From: Candidatus Bathyarchaeota archaeon
GTDB taxonomy: Archaea > Thermoproteota > Bathyarchaeia > Bathyarchaeales > Bathycorpusculaceae
Direction of reading: 5' to 3'
Assembly: GCA_963833575.1 (NCBI GenBank)
Contig: CAWHXY010000007.1
Coordinates: 448,001-512,000, forward strand
DNA: 64,000 nucleotides
Under the pieces are notes generated by a model that saw nothing but the letters and a program-made list of their open reading frames with translations, ran no database searches and was not told the DNA's origin. This document shows positions 47,532 through 57,851 of the stretch, piece after piece (the stretch's first letter is position 1; the number at the start of each line of letters is the position of its first letter). A program made the translations under genes and the position numbers.

Positions 47532-48785
47532 ATGAAGATATTCATTACCAACAACGGGTGCGAGGTAAGCCAACTTTATTCAACGTACATACACAAGTGT
47601 TTTCTCAACCTTGATCCAGGAATAATATTAGTAACAAGTCCTCGAGAAGCCGACTTGATAGTCTTCTATGCTTGCGGACTCACTGAAACTAAAGAGGAAA
47701 AATCGCTTTCCATAATTGAAGTTCTTAAATCGATGATGAAACCCTCGGCCAGACTAGTTGTTTGGGGCTGCCTCTCAAAGCAAAACCCCCAATCATTGAA
47801 TGGCACATACATTGGTCCCATCATTGGTCCCAAGGATGTATTCCCCTTTGAAGCCGTTTTAAAACAAATGATAGATGAATCTAAATGGTCGACTCTAACG
47901 CAAATTCCAGACGCCAATTTCCTCAATATGCGAGAGGCACCTGAATCTAACTCATCAGCCAAGCAAAGTATTCTCTACCATCATCTGACCGACCTCGATA
48001 AGTATCTAACCAGACTATTCTTCAAAACCAATTCTTCACCTTTTTACATAAGAGTTTCCGAAGGCTGCACTTCCCATTGTACTTATTGCAGCGAGCGCCT
48101 CGTTTGGGGAACAGTAAGAAGCAAGTCAATCGAAAAAGTAATTTCTGAATTTGAAGATGGCTTGGAAAAAGGGTATAGAGACTTCTTCCTCTGTTCAGAA
48201 GACTTCGGGGCATACGGCTTGGATATCGGCTTAAATGCTTGTGATCTGCTCAAACAGTTAATACAAGTCAAGAAAGAAGCAAATTATAGAATAATTATTA
48301 ACGAATTAAGCCCTCTGCACTTAAAAAATATGTTTTCAGACTTTGAACAAATCTTCGCTTCTGGAAGAATAAGCACGCTAGGTGTTCAAGTGGAATCGGG
48401 CAGCGATAGGATTCTCAAATTAATGGGCAGGCAGTACAAAGCGGAAGAATGGAGAAACCTAATGTTATACATTAATCGAAAATTCCCGAGCATCAATCTC
48501 TCAACGCACTTAATGGTTGGTTTTCCTACAGAAACTGAAGAAGATTTTAGAGCTACAATGAATCTTCTTAGGCGCCCATTGACCCTTCAGGAAATAGTAA
48601 TCTTCAAGTTCTCACCAAGACCAGGCATCCCAGCAGCGAAACTGGCTGGACAAATACCAAAAGATGTTATCGAACTGAGGGCAAGAAAACTGCACCGAAC
48701 GTTTTTGTATACCTACCCATCGAACATGGCAATTCGTTATTCATATTTGCTCGTCAAAAAATTAAGCCATCATTCAGTAAACTAA
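47532..48785 (+). CDS. Methylthiotransferase-like (MiaB/MtaB-type) radical SAM protein lacking a TRAM domain
   Basis: N-terminal three-Cys MTTase domain (NGC, YAC, WGC), IRVSEGCTSHCTYC, ESGSDRILKLMGR, MVGFPTETEEDF, FSPRPG. Confidence 0.88.
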   Translation: MKIFITNNGCEVSQLYSTYIHKCFLNLDPGIILVTSPREADLIVFYACGLTETKEEKSLSIIEVLKSMMKPSARLVVWGCLSKQNPQSLNGTYIGPIIGPKDVFPFEAVLKQMIDESKWSTLTQIPDANFLNMREAPESNSSAKQSILYHHLTDLDKYLTRLFFKTNSSPFYIRVSEGCTSHCTYCSERLVWGTVRSKSIEKVISEFEDGLEKGYRDFFLCSEDFGAYGLDIGLNACDLLKQLIQVKKEANYRIIINELSPLHLKNMFSDFEQIFASGRISTLGVQVESGSDRILKLMGRQYKAEEWRNLMLYINRKFPSINLSTHLMVGFPTETEEDFRATMNLLRRPLTLQEIVIFKFSPRPGIPAAKLAGQIPKDVIELRARKLHRTFLYTYPSNMAIRYSYLLVKKLSHHSVN

Positions 48786-48934
48786 ATGGTCAACTGCCCT
48801 CAAAGCAATGTAAATATGGAAACAACAAAAAGGCATGTGGGTTAGAAAAGCGCGCGCCCTGAAAACATCATCTCAGTCTATTGTTTTAGATTAAAGAACA
48901 GAAAAACGAATAATTTATTGGGAGTGATTAACTG

Positions 48935-50287
48935 TTGAAACCGATTAATGTCTTCGAAGAAGGTAAGTTTTCAGATGATCAACAACAGAGCTTTAACGAG
49001 TTTCTCTTAAGTGCCAAGTCTCAAAATCTAAACACTCAAGTCATAAAGCAATTATTTCTAAAGCCGTATCTTCCAGCTATTGAAATCTGCAGAGAGTTCG
49101 AAATTAGCAAGGCTCAGCTTGAAAAAACCCACGACTTTATCAGATCGTCTAAGAAAAGCAGAGACTTTTTTGCGGATTCTCCCTACTCATATTTGGTTAA
49201 CGCAATGGGACAGTTATCAAAGGATGCCAAGCGGACGTTGGCAGTCGTTAAAGGTGAAGAACCTCTTCCTTTATCGGATGTTCTTGAACTTTTTGTCAGC
49301 AACTCTTGCAACGCGAATTGCAAATTCTGCTACAGAAACGATAACGTGTATCACCGTCGAGATAAAGTTCTCTCCACTTCAGAATTTGTGCAGTTAATAA
49401 ACGATTATGCGGACTTGAACGGGCAAAATCTTGTTGTGAGTGGTGGTCTTGAACCTCTACTCAGCTGTTCCTTGCTAGATGTTCTGAAAACTGGAATAGA
49501 GCGCAAACTGAACGTACAGCTGTACACAAATGGCATTGCACTTGGTGAAGATAGTGAGATTACGGAACAACTTATGAAGCTACCAAAAGTCAGAATCAGC
49601 CTTAACGCGTCTAACAGAGAAAACTACAAGGAAATTCTGGGAGTAGACAAATTCGATCGGGTTATAGAAAATTTGAGATATCTCGTTGAAACAAAGAGGA
49701 AAAGTAAATCGAGTGTTAGGATCGGCGTTGGCTTCGCAATTTTCAGACAAAACTATTCATTCATCCCTGAGGCTTTAGAACTTGCACAAAAACTTGAACT
49801 TGATTTCGTAGACCTGAGGTTTGTTGAAAAATTAAGTCGTGAAGAAATCGACCCCCAACAAAAGACAGAGTTAAGATCTGTTATTGCCGAGGTGAGACAA
49901 AAGAAAATGCGAAATGAGTATGGAGCGCTCAATGTAACTGTTGCAGACACCTTTAACTCAGTCATTAGCCCTGGAACTGATTGCATGAAATACGTCAAGA
50001 AAGATTTGGTAAAAGAGCTCTGGCACTTCAGGATTACCGTTACGCCACACGGGAGGGTCTATGCTTTGAACCTAATTGGTCAACCTTCAAGGGAGGACAA
50101 TCGGTTTCTGATAGGCAAAATAGGTCAGAACGATCTCTCCGCAATACTACGCAAGGAAAAGAAAATTCCTTATGATAAAAATACCTTACTTGCTCATGAC
50201 ATTACCTTAATGCTGGCACTTTCTAAATTAACCTCCGATTTGGAGTACGGAATTAGCTTAGAAGAAAACCCGTTTTGCTGGGAGTAA
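48935..50287 (+). CDS. Radical SAM enzyme, DesII-like (NDP-4-amino-4,6-dideoxyhexose deaminase-like)
   Basis: CNANCKFC, SGGLEPL, LYTN, FDRVIENLR, DFVDLR motifs as recalled for DesII. Confidence 0.75.
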   Translation: MKPINVFEEGKFSDDQQQSFNEFLLSAKSQNLNTQVIKQLFLKPYLPAIEICREFEISKAQLEKTHDFIRSSKKSRDFFADSPYSYLVNAMGQLSKDAKRTLAVVKGEEPLPLSDVLELFVSNSCNANCKFCYRNDNVYHRRDKVLSTSEFVQLINDYADLNGQNLVVSGGLEPLLSCSLLDVLKTGIERKLNVQLYTNGIALGEDSEITEQLMKLPKVRISLNASNRENYKEILGVDKFDRVIENLRYLVETKRKSKSSVRIGVGFAIFRQNYSFIPEALELAQKLELDFVDLRFVEKLSREEIDPQQKTELRSVIAEVRQKKMRNEYGALNVTVADTFNSVISPGTDCMKYVKKDLVKELWHFRITVTPHGRVYALNLIGQPSREDNRFLIGKIGQNDLSAILRKEKKIPYDKNTLLAHDITLMLALSKLTSDLEYGISLEENPFCWE

Positions 50288-50472
50288 TCTTAAGAGAAAT
50301 CAGATTTGAATTTGCGAATTGAACCAAAAAGAATCGCTAGCGCGCTAGTTGCAGACATCAAAGGTGTTTTGGAAAATTGGGATGCTTTGGCCATCAGAGC
50401 AAACTCGTTAAACAAATCCAAACGCGTAATTGAATTGGCTTTCGGACAGAACTACGATGGGGTTGAGGTTGC

Positions 50473-51561
50473 GTGATTAAATTTATAGATTTTGAGAGAG
50501 AATTTGCGGAAATAGGTGAGAAAGCAGCAGAAGCCATGCTGACGACCCAAAAGAGTGGCCGTTTTGTCCTAGGCGAGAATGTAGAACAGTTTGAAAAAGA
50601 GTTTTCCCGTTATGTTGGAGCCAGATTTGGAATAGGCGTAAATTCCGGCTCTGACGCACTGTTTCTAGCAGTTAAAGCCCTAGGGATTTCCAAAAATGAC
50701 GAAGTTATCACTGTTTCGCACACCATGTGTTCAACTGTTGATGCAATAAGCAGAAACGGAGCCAAACCTGTTTTTGTTGACATCGAACCCGACACGTTCA
50801 CAATGGACGTCTCAAAAATTGAGACTAATATTTCGGATAGGACACGAGCGATAATACCTGTTCACCTTTACGGTCAACCAGTAGACATGACTCCACTGCT
50901 CAGAATTGCAGAAGAGCACGATATACCAGTAATCGAAGACGCATGCCAAGCCCATGGCTCGACATACTGCAACAAACAAGTAGGAAACTTGGCAGATATT
51001 GGTTGCTTCAGTTTCTACCCCACAAAAAACCTCGGCTCCTATGGCGACGCAGGCATGATTACCACGAACAACAAAGAACTGGCGGAAAAACTGGCAAAAA
51101 TGAGAAACTACGGTCAATCCACAAGGTACAGTCAAGATTTTGTGGGCATAAACAGCCGATTGGATGAAATCCAAGCGGCAGTACTACGGGTAAAACTGCA
51201 AAAATTAGACGAATGGAATGAAAGAAGAAGAAAAAACGCCAAACTCTACAATGATCTCCTAGAAGACAAGAATATTACAACGCCTATCGAAAGAGAATAC
51301 GCCAAACATGTATATCACTTGTACGTAATAACCCACAATAAACGTGACGGCCTCAAAAACCATTTAATGAAAAACGAAATTCAAACGTTGATACACTACC
51401 CAACTCCAGTTCACAAGCAGAAGGCATACGCAACAAAAGCAAACCTTCCCATAACGGAAACAACATGCGAAAGAATTCTGTCACTACCTATTCATCCTTG
51501 GCTAAACGAAGATGAGGTCAGGAAGATATCTGACTGCATCACCGAGTACTGCAGAAACTAA
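50473..51561 (+). CDS. DegT-family aminotransferase (FdtB/DesV/EryCI-like, probable C3 aminotransferase)
   Basis: [62 protein letters not shown]. Confidence 0.93.
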   Translation: MIKFIDFEREFAEIGEKAAEAMLTTQKSGRFVLGENVEQFEKEFSRYVGARFGIGVNSGSDALFLAVKALGISKNDEVITVSHTMCSTVDAISRNGAKPVFVDIEPDTFTMDVSKIETNISDRTRAIIPVHLYGQPVDMTPLLRIAEEHDIPVIEDACQAHGSTYCNKQVGNLADIGCFSFYPTKNLGSYGDAGMITTNNKELAEKLAKMRNYGQSTRYSQDFVGINSRLDEIQAAVLRVKLQKLDEWNERRRKNAKLYNDLLEDKNITTPIEREYAKHVYHLYVITHNKRDGLKNHLMKNEIQTLIHYPTPVHKQKAYATKANLPITETTCERILSLPIHPWLNEDEVRKISDCITEYCRN

Positions 51562-51940
51562 AAATAGAGTCAGTTTACACCGTGGTTATTATAAAGCGCG
51601 CCCTTGGGAAGGTCTCATCTTGATGAAAAACTGTTTCGCCATTCTTGTCTGCTCACGCAGCACGTCCGCACTAGCTATTATAGACCGAGAGCTTTATTGT
51701 TCTCTTCACGACAAATATTATGAATTCTAAGAATAGATTCCTAATTTAGCTCACCGCTGTTCCTGCTATCGAGTCTGTACGCAAGCCAATTAAAGCTGAA
51801 TTTGATTAGGTCACGGGCGAATACAATGACGGCGGAAAAATATCCTGCAAACTCGAGCAAAAGCCAAAAAATCCCAGTTTTTGTTGTGTTAATGTTCAGA
51901 TTATCATAAACCAATCACTTTTGAGAAGCGTTCAACCGAA

Positions 51941-53110
51941 ATGAGTCTGACAACAACTATCGTTACAGATTCAAGCAGACTCGCTGGAATTGAAAAGGAA
52001 TTGAATATTTTTGTTCAAGAGTGGGGCGAAACTCCTTTTGGGTTACCAGCATTTCTCAAAGCAGGAATGAACATCTGCAATTCTAAGGGAAATCAATTTC
52101 CCGCAATTCTACTCACAAAAGTAGATGGGAAACTTGTTGGTCTGACATCCTTAGCGATACGACGACTTTATGGAATTCGTTATGCTGAATCTCTACTTGA
52201 CTTTTGGTCTGGCACTGATCTTGTAATGGACGATGATTACAGGCAAATTGTGACAGATCACATTTTACGAACTATTTTAGAGAAATTGCAGTGTAAATTA
52301 GCAATGCTATACTTGCCGCTTGAATCATCATATCTGCAAGATTTGCAGCGGACTTGCAAATCTAACAAACTACACTCCGTCCTTGACTTTGAACCGTATA
52401 TAAGTCATGGTGTTGTGTCAACAGAGCATTCTTGGAGTGAATTTTTGAAATTTAGGGGGAGATATTTCCAAAAAGACCTCAGAGCCATAGAAAGAAAGTT
52501 GAATACTGCGGGCAAATGGAAAGTGACACTAATAGAAAATAACATTGGTTGTAGCGAAGAGAACATATATGACAAGATAATTTCTATTGAAAAATCAAGC
52601 TGGAAAGAAGTCTACAGGCAAAACAAAGGGAAACCCGTTGATGAAACGCTCAAATGGTTAATGGAGTCATCTAATTTAATTATAGACAATAATTCCATTT
52701 TGAAGCGAAAAATTTGGTTTTTGCAACTTAATGATCGGCCCATCGCTTTTTCAATAGTTCTCGAATACAAGGGGACTGCCTTCATTATGAAAACGTCGTT
52801 TGACGAGAAGTATCGGAAACTGAGTCCGGGGATTTTTATCAACAACATCGCAGTTAAGGATTTATTTGACAAACGAGAAGTTAAAAAGATCGACTTTATG
52901 TCATCCATGCCAATTGTAAGCACTTGGGGTCCCAAAATTTTGCCAAGAGTCAGGTTTAATTTGGGTGGTCGAAGCGGCATTGGTACACTGAAAGTTAGGC
53001 GTATGATCAAAAAGCTTGTTTCCGAGCTTGAGCACTCAGAAAAAACTTGGCCTTTCTACTTTACTGCCAGAGAACAACTCAAAAAGTCAAAAAAGCACAT
53101 TACGTGGTAA
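51941..53110 (+). CDS. GNAT acetyltransferase (CelD/BcsL-like)
   Basis: IEKSSWK, L.LNDRPIAF, TSFDEKYRKLSPG, IDF. Confidence 0.85.
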   Translation: MSLTTTIVTDSSRLAGIEKELNIFVQEWGETPFGLPAFLKAGMNICNSKGNQFPAILLTKVDGKLVGLTSLAIRRLYGIRYAESLLDFWSGTDLVMDDDYRQIVTDHILRTILEKLQCKLAMLYLPLESSYLQDLQRTCKSNKLHSVLDFEPYISHGVVSTEHSWSEFLKFRGRYFQKDLRAIERKLNTAGKWKVTLIENNIGCSEENIYDKIISIEKSSWKEVYRQNKGKPVDETLKWLMESSNLIIDNNSILKRKIWFLQLNDRPIAFSIVLEYKGTAFIMKTSFDEKYRKLSPGIFINNIAVKDLFDKREVKKIDFMSSMPIVSTWGPKILPRVRFNLGGRSGIGTLKVRRMIKKLVSELEHSEKTWPFYFTAREQLKKSKKHITW

Positions 53111-53258
53111 GGATTATCTGGTAGCGCGCACTTCCACAATTCCAATTTTTGCGCCTCAAACTTACTTCCTGCCAAAACTCCAAAACGCAAGTGGCTCTTC
53201 AGAGGCGACATCAAAGAAAAATAGATGCTGACTCCTTCGTACTAAGTACGCACTTAAC

Positions 53259-54467
53259 TTGAAGGCGCAAAATTCAGTGACAATCCATTTATTGTTCATC
53301 GGCGACCTATTCATACATAAAAACGACTTTCTTCCGTTTCTCAACAATCACGGATATGACGTAACCGTCGTAGAAACCTCCACTGTCTATACTCCTCCCA
53401 AGAGAATAGCTGGGACAGAAATCGAAGTAGAAAACTTGTATAATTCACGTTTAGCTCGGAGGCTTTTTCGTGGAAATGTTGGTTGGTTTACAAAAGCCGG
53501 AGTATATACTTTGTTTGGTTCGACAAGGCTTTTCAGTAATAGGGTTCAGAAAATCATAAAACAAAAAGACATAGACATTATTTACGGTAGCTGGGGCAGT
53601 CCAGATCTTCCTGAAATGCGAATGGTGCAGGAACTTGGATTACCAGTTGTATATGAATTTTTGGCATATCCATATTTCGAACGCTTTTTTCTAGAAAAAG
53701 TTGAGAACGCTTTCAATAATCGTACAATATGTAGGCTTGATGGTAGAATAGTCCCTACGGAAAGAATGTTGAATTATCTAAAAAGCACTTTTAGTATACG
53801 CTATGGTGAGAATATTGTTTTTCCGGAATTGTATAGCGAACAATGCTTTTATCGAAAAAGATTGCCTCGCTTATCCGATTCCGATTGTGAACCACACATC
53901 ATTTTCTTAGGCATATCCTCATATGGAAGTGAAATTTCTTCACAGTTTGAAGAGATTTTGCGAAGGCGGATACATGTTCATGTATGTGAAACAAGTGATT
54001 ATGCGAAAATGTTACGAAAGTCCAAGTATAATGGCTTCTTTCACACATTTAGAGAATTTGATGAAGCCGAATTATATTGTGGCTCTTTTGCCACTTTCAT
54101 GACACAATTTGATGCCTGTTTGGTTACGTATAATTCTAGTAAAGGGACGACCCTGAATAGAATTTATAACAGTGTTCCGAACAGGTTTTCGTTCGCTTTT
54201 ACAGGAGGAATCCCAATCATTATGCCATACGGATATCTGCTGGGTTGCGAAGAAATAGTTGACAAAAATCAAACTGGGTTTACTTATAGAAACTATGATG
54301 ATTTGAAAGAGAAGCTTTCAAATATAGACCTGATGGCGTATTATCGCAATAATGCAATTAGAAACAAGAAAATATATACTCTGGAAAATAACTTCGAAAA
54401 AATTGATGGGTTTCTGAAGAAATGCCTTGAACATCATAAACAGGGAACAACAATTTCTGCACGTTAG
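53259..54467 (+). CDS. Putative GT-B fold glycosyltransferase
   Basis: QFDACLV...SVPNRF.F..GGIPII resembles the GT-B C-terminal PNK motif. Cluster context. Confidence 0.6.
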   Translation: MKAQNSVTIHLLFIGDLFIHKNDFLPFLNNHGYDVTVVETSTVYTPPKRIAGTEIEVENLYNSRLARRLFRGNVGWFTKAGVYTLFGSTRLFSNRVQKIIKQKDIDIIYGSWGSPDLPEMRMVQELGLPVVYEFLAYPYFERFFLEKVENAFNNRTICRLDGRIVPTERMLNYLKSTFSIRYGENIVFPELYSEQCFYRKRLPRLSDSDCEPHIIFLGISSYGSEISSQFEEILRRRIHVHVCETSDYAKMLRKSKYNGFFHTFREFDEAELYCGSFATFMTQFDACLVTYNSSKGTTLNRIYNSVPNRFSFAFTGGIPIIMPYGYLLGCEEIVDKNQTGFTYRNYDDLKEKLSNIDLMAYYRNNAIRNKKIYTLENNFEKIDGFLKKCLEHHKQGTTISAR

Positions 54468-54561
54468 TAGCTATTAGTAGATAATGGACTATTATGATAA
54501 ATTCCTCGATATGCTTTCTAGAAATGCTGAAGGATTAGGATTAAACACTTGGTAGGTTATA

Positions 54562-55602
54562 TTGCATTCCGAAATCCAGTTTTGTTGTCCAAAATGTAAG
54601 GGTCCTTTGATAAAAGAAGATAACTGCTTCATATGCACTACTTGTCATGTTGAAGGGAGAGTTCGGGAGGGTATTCCTTCATTTGCCAGTGGTGAGTTTT
54701 ATTGGAATCAGATATCAAAAGAAAATATGGCTAGATTGCTCAAGGTTGCCACAGAGAATGGGTGGCGAGTGGCATTGGAAAAGATACTACGTCCGTTGAC
54801 AGATAAATACACTTTTAATTATGCCGTTAATGAGAGCAGAGCTGATTGGCATTTAATGCTCCCCATAAAAGCAGACGCTAAGATCCTTGATTTAGGTTGC
54901 GGATGGGGACCAGTAACGGTGATGCTTGCCCGTCACTACAAAACTGTAGTCGGCGCAGACACTACGATTGAAACCTTGAAGTTCTTAAGAATTAGAGCAC
55001 AACAAGAAGAAATAGAAAATATTCAATTAGCTCATATAGATCCAATTGATTATGGAACTTTACCATTCCAAGATTCTCAGTTTGATTTGGCAGTAATGAA
55101 CGGCATACTGGAATGGGTCGGTGCTGCGCGCACAGATGTACAGCCCCAGGTCTGTCAAAAGGTTGCACTAAGCGAAATTAGGCGCGTGCTAAAGCCTATG
55201 GGTATGATATATATTGGTATTGAGAACCGATTCAGCTTGAGCAACTTTCTGGGGTATGTTAGCCATAGCAAAGTACCTTTCGCCGACATTTTACCTAGGC
55301 GATTTGCCAATTTATGGTGCAAAATGATGGGCAAAGAGGATGGGTATCGTACCTATATCTACTCAAGTCTTGGTTACAAAAAGTTACTTTCGCAATCTGG
55401 TTTTGAGAATTTTCAATTGCTTTTACCTTTCCCTTCTTATCGAGATCCTTTCATTATATTCCCTGTCCAAAAAAATATGCTTAGATATTATGTAGACCAC
55501 TCTTTTAGTTCACTGCCAAAAAGACAATTGGCTCGTTCATTTCCTCAAATAGTCAAGTTTCTTGCAACTGACTACAGCATCACGGCGGAAGCAAGAAAAT
55601 GA
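54562..55602 (+). CDS. Class I SAM-dependent methyltransferase with N-terminal Trm112-like zinc finger
   Basis: CPKC...CTTC...EGIP, ILDLGCGWG, LPFQDSQFD, GILEW, RVLKP.G. Confidence 0.93.
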   Translation: MHSEIQFCCPKCKGPLIKEDNCFICTTCHVEGRVREGIPSFASGEFYWNQISKENMARLLKVATENGWRVALEKILRPLTDKYTFNYAVNESRADWHLMLPIKADAKILDLGCGWGPVTVMLARHYKTVVGADTTIETLKFLRIRAQQEEIENIQLAHIDPIDYGTLPFQDSQFDLAVMNGILEWVGAARTDVQPQVCQKVALSEIRRVLKPMGMIYIGIENRFSLSNFLGYVSHSKVPFADILPRRFANLWCKMMGKEDGYRTYIYSSLGYKKLLSQSGFENFQLLLPFPSYRDPFIIFPVQKNMLRYYVDHSFSSLPKRQLARSFPQIVKFLATDYSITAEARK

Positions 55603-56612
55603 TAGAAAAGTTGAAAGAATTGATATTAGAGCAATATGCTGTTCTGGGAATAGAAAAGAATGCAAAAATATCTATAATGAAAGCAGGAGGGAGCAACGCA
55701 ACTTATGCTTCCGCCCCTTTTCTAGTTTTCATAAATGATGATGATTTCCCAATTCTTTTTGTAAGAGTCCCACGAGTATTTGCATACACCGAGAAAATAT
55801 ACAACGAATTTAGTAATTTGTCATACTTTTATGAAACTGTCAGAAGCCCAGAACTCAAAAAAACTATGCCTCTTCCTTTAATGTTATCAAGAGATGAACA
55901 TTTTCCTGTTCTGATAGAAAGTGCCTTGGCCGGCAAATCAATGTCCTTAGACCTACAAGAGAAGAGAATGCCATACAATTTCAAAATTGCCATTGATTGG
56001 TTGATAAGTTTTCACAAAGAAACTGAAAGCTTACGAACAACGATTGGCGACGCTTCACTTACGAAATATTTGATCGCAATAACTGATTGTTTCTTGTCGC
56101 AACTTGATAAAACAGACTTAACGTTCTTTAACGATTTTTTTAGGAACTTATTTGTTGAAATTGATAGTTTTAAAGGTGAAGAAATTCCGATAGCCAGCAT
56201 TCATGGGGACTTTAACCCATTCAACATCCTGATAATTAGAGACAATAAACTGAGCATAATCGATTGGGAGGATTCATTAATGAATTCCTTGCCTTTCTTT
56301 GACTTATATCACCTGTTAGTTGTGAGTTCCTTTAGTATGCTCCGCGACAAAGGAACAAAAGAAGAGCGGTTTAATGAACGGTTTATCAAGCAGAATTGGT
56401 TCAAGGATTTGGCTGATAAATGTATTGTAAATTATTGTAGTAGAATGAGCATTAACGTCGATTTGGCGCGTTTATTTATTCCCTTATATTTAGCTTCATT
56501 GGTAAATAAACAAATGGAACAACAAAGAAAGGACAAAGCATTCTTTTTGATTTGGAAGGCCATGTTACGAAAATATGTGCAGCAAGAATGCCCACAAAAA
56601 TTAACCAATTAG
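55599..56612 (+). CDS. APH/choline kinase-like phosphotransferase
   Basis: HGDFNPFNILI and IIDWED motifs. ATGA overlap with the methyltransferase. Confidence 0.9.
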   Translation: MIEKLKELILEQYAVLGIEKNAKISIMKAGGSNATYASAPFLVFINDDDFPILFVRVPRVFAYTEKIYNEFSNLSYFYETVRSPELKKTMPLPLMLSRDEHFPVLIESALAGKSMSLDLQEKRMPYNFKIAIDWLISFHKETESLRTTIGDASLTKYLIAITDCFLSQLDKTDLTFFNDFFRNLFVEIDSFKGEEIPIASIHGDFNPFNILIIRDNKLSIIDWEDSLMNSLPFFDLYHLLVVSSFSMLRDKGTKEERFNERFIKQNWFKDLADKCIVNYCSRMSINVDLARLFIPLYLASLVNKQMEQQRKDKAFFLIWKAMLRKYVQQECPQKLTN

Positions 56613-56899
56613 GAAGCGGCACAGCAAATTTTAATATTAAACACTTCAATTAAAAAATCGCAATAGTTTGGGCTGCGGATAATTCTTGGTCGCAACGCAC
56701 GCCAAAAATCAAGAAAATGAAAAACTGACACAAAAAAGCCGAAGTCCTTACAGCGAATACACAGTTCAGCAACTCGGAAAATTCGCGCGCTCGACTTTTT
56801 TCCATCCTTTACCCTAAGTATTCGAACTCGAACAAGCTTAAACAGCAATATGCTAATCAAGCGCGCGATAGGGTTGCTACGACTAAGGAGTAATCAAAA

Positions 56900-57685
56900 A
56901 TGGAAACATTTGATAAATCTGCTATATTCTTTGTGGTATTAGCTAGAACGCGAGAGGGTGTTGCAGAAAAGGCATTTGAATTAAGAAGGCTTGGCGTGCC
57001 ATTTATTGTTTTTTGCGGCGAAAAAATGAGTTATCCAGAAGTGATTTATAGACAGAAAAAAGGTAAATTTGACGCCATAAATTTTGCAGCCAAATTTATT
57101 GACAAAAATGTTAAAATTGTCTGTTTGAATGATGTAGATACTAAATTATTTAATTTTGAAAAAGCTCTTGAGGTAATGCGCGATAGGAAGGCTGGTTTAG
57201 TTTTCTGTAAAGTAAAGGTTGATTCTGGGCCTCAGGTACATTTTTACTCTTTAATGGATGGAATAAGACGATACTTTCCAGTTACATCGAGCGGAGAACT
57301 TATGTTAATTCGAAAAGAAGTGTTCGATAGGATTTTACCTATTCCTCCTTGCAAAACTGAAGATAATTATGTTTCATTGAAAGTTGCAGAGCTTGGTTAC
57401 CGCGTTTCTTTTTGTGAAGATTGTTGGGTAGAAACGAAAAGAACACAGACCTTGGAAGAAGAATCACAATATAAAACCAGAACTGTCACTGGCCTTTATC
57501 AGGCTCTTTCCTTTACTAAAGGTTCTCCTTTGGTTCGTGCTTTTTATTTAGGCCTTCCATTTATTGCTCCGCTTTTGCTGCTTCAAGGTAAACGAGGCGG
57601 AGCTTGGGTGAAGGGCATAATTCAAGGGTATGCAAATTTTCTTGCTGGCGACAAGATAGGCGCATTTGAGAAAATTGCTGGTTAA
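56900..57685 (+). CDS. Family 2 glycosyltransferase
   Basis: GKFDAINFA, LNDVDT, SGELMLIR, TED motifs. Confidence 0.85.
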   Translation: METFDKSAIFFVVLARTREGVAEKAFELRRLGVPFIVFCGEKMSYPEVIYRQKKGKFDAINFAAKFIDKNVKIVCLNDVDTKLFNFEKALEVMRDRKAGLVFCKVKVDSGPQVHFYSLMDGIRRYFPVTSSGELMLIRKEVFDRILPIPPCKTEDNYVSLKVAELGYRVSFCEDCWVETKRTQTLEEESQYKTRTVTGLYQALSFTKGSPLVRAFYLGLPFIAPLLLLQGKRGGAWVKGIIQGYANFLAGDKIGAFEKIAG

Positions 57686-57851
57686 TCAAAATAATAGTGA
57701 ACTGTTTTAGAGAGGTAGCTTTGTTTGAGATTTGAGTTGCCTTTTTGTTTGAATTATTGTAGTAGCGTTGAACGTTCAGGTAGAGCATTCGCTACAATAG
57801 TAGCGCGTTAGTTTAAGAATATGATAATTTTGTTATTTAGGGGTAGGTTAT

